DNA of 37,369 nucleotides from Chlamydiales bacterium (GTDB lineage Bacteria; Chlamydiota; Chlamydiia; Chlamydiales; JBDQID01): NCBI GenBank assembly GCA_047611865.1, contig JBLFWS010000010.1, positions 1 to 37,369 of the forward strand, read 5' to 3'. Shown piece by piece: positions 37,001 to 37,369 of this stretch (position 1 is its first letter; each line of letters starts with the position of its first letter). The notes under the pieces were generated by a model. It saw only the letters and a program-made list of their open reading frames with translations, ran no database searches and was not told where the DNA came from. The position numbers and the translations under genes were made by a program.

Positions 37001-37369
37001 TTTTCACCTTTTAATTATGTATTACTTTGATTCTAATATTTTAATATTAAGAAACGTTAAAGGTTATTTAAGGGTTTAGTTAATATTTACTGTTTCCGTT
37101 GATGCCAGAGGGCCCAGCAAGCTAAATCCCAAGGCAAGACTTTCGAAGTCATAGAAAAACACCCGGATAACCCTGGCAGAGATTAACAGGGGATACTTTC
37201 ACTTTTACCCCGACAAAGGGCCAGAATTCTATTACGATTGGGGGCATGGTTCAAAAAAGGGACTTTTTGGGTAGCACTTAGGGTTGGGGGATCGTACCGT
37301 TGGTTCTGTCTAACGGTATCTATTAGCAGCGTTTAACCGGGAAAGAGGGTCTGTTAAGCGGCTTTCTGT

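Overview
AT-rich bacterial chromosome segment, most likely from an environmental member of Chlamydiota. This is inferred from the sppA/sohB-polA-coaE-rho gene order, rplU-rpmA-obgE, scpAB, a DUF648-like N-terminus, a chlamydial-type phospholipase D and Inc-like hydrophobic hairpins. A housekeeping core (15.4-27.1 kb) is flanked by two accessory regions. The left region (0.3-15.2 kb) holds an ankyrin protein, two paralogous SAM methyltransferases, a frameshifted flagellin-like gene bracketed by related palindromic repeats, a low-complexity protein with a possible NEL-like CxD motif, a CgeB-like glycosyltransferase and a phenylalanine hydroxylase. It also holds a protein with an NLS-rich disordered N-terminus fused to two tandem PD-(D/E)XK nuclease domains (the first apparently inactive), a sphingomyelinase-like EEP gene interrupted by two in-frame TAA codons, and a 2-hydroxyacid dehydrogenase homolog lacking its catalytic triad. 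The right region (27.3-37.0 kb) holds a four-gene gamma-glutamylation amine catabolism operon followed by a glycerophosphodiester phosphodiesterase, a PI-PLC-like enzyme and a PLD, which together suggest host phospholipid head-group scavenging. No rRNA, tRNA, CRISPR array or transposase was recognised. All family calls come from reading motifs by eye; no database searches were run.
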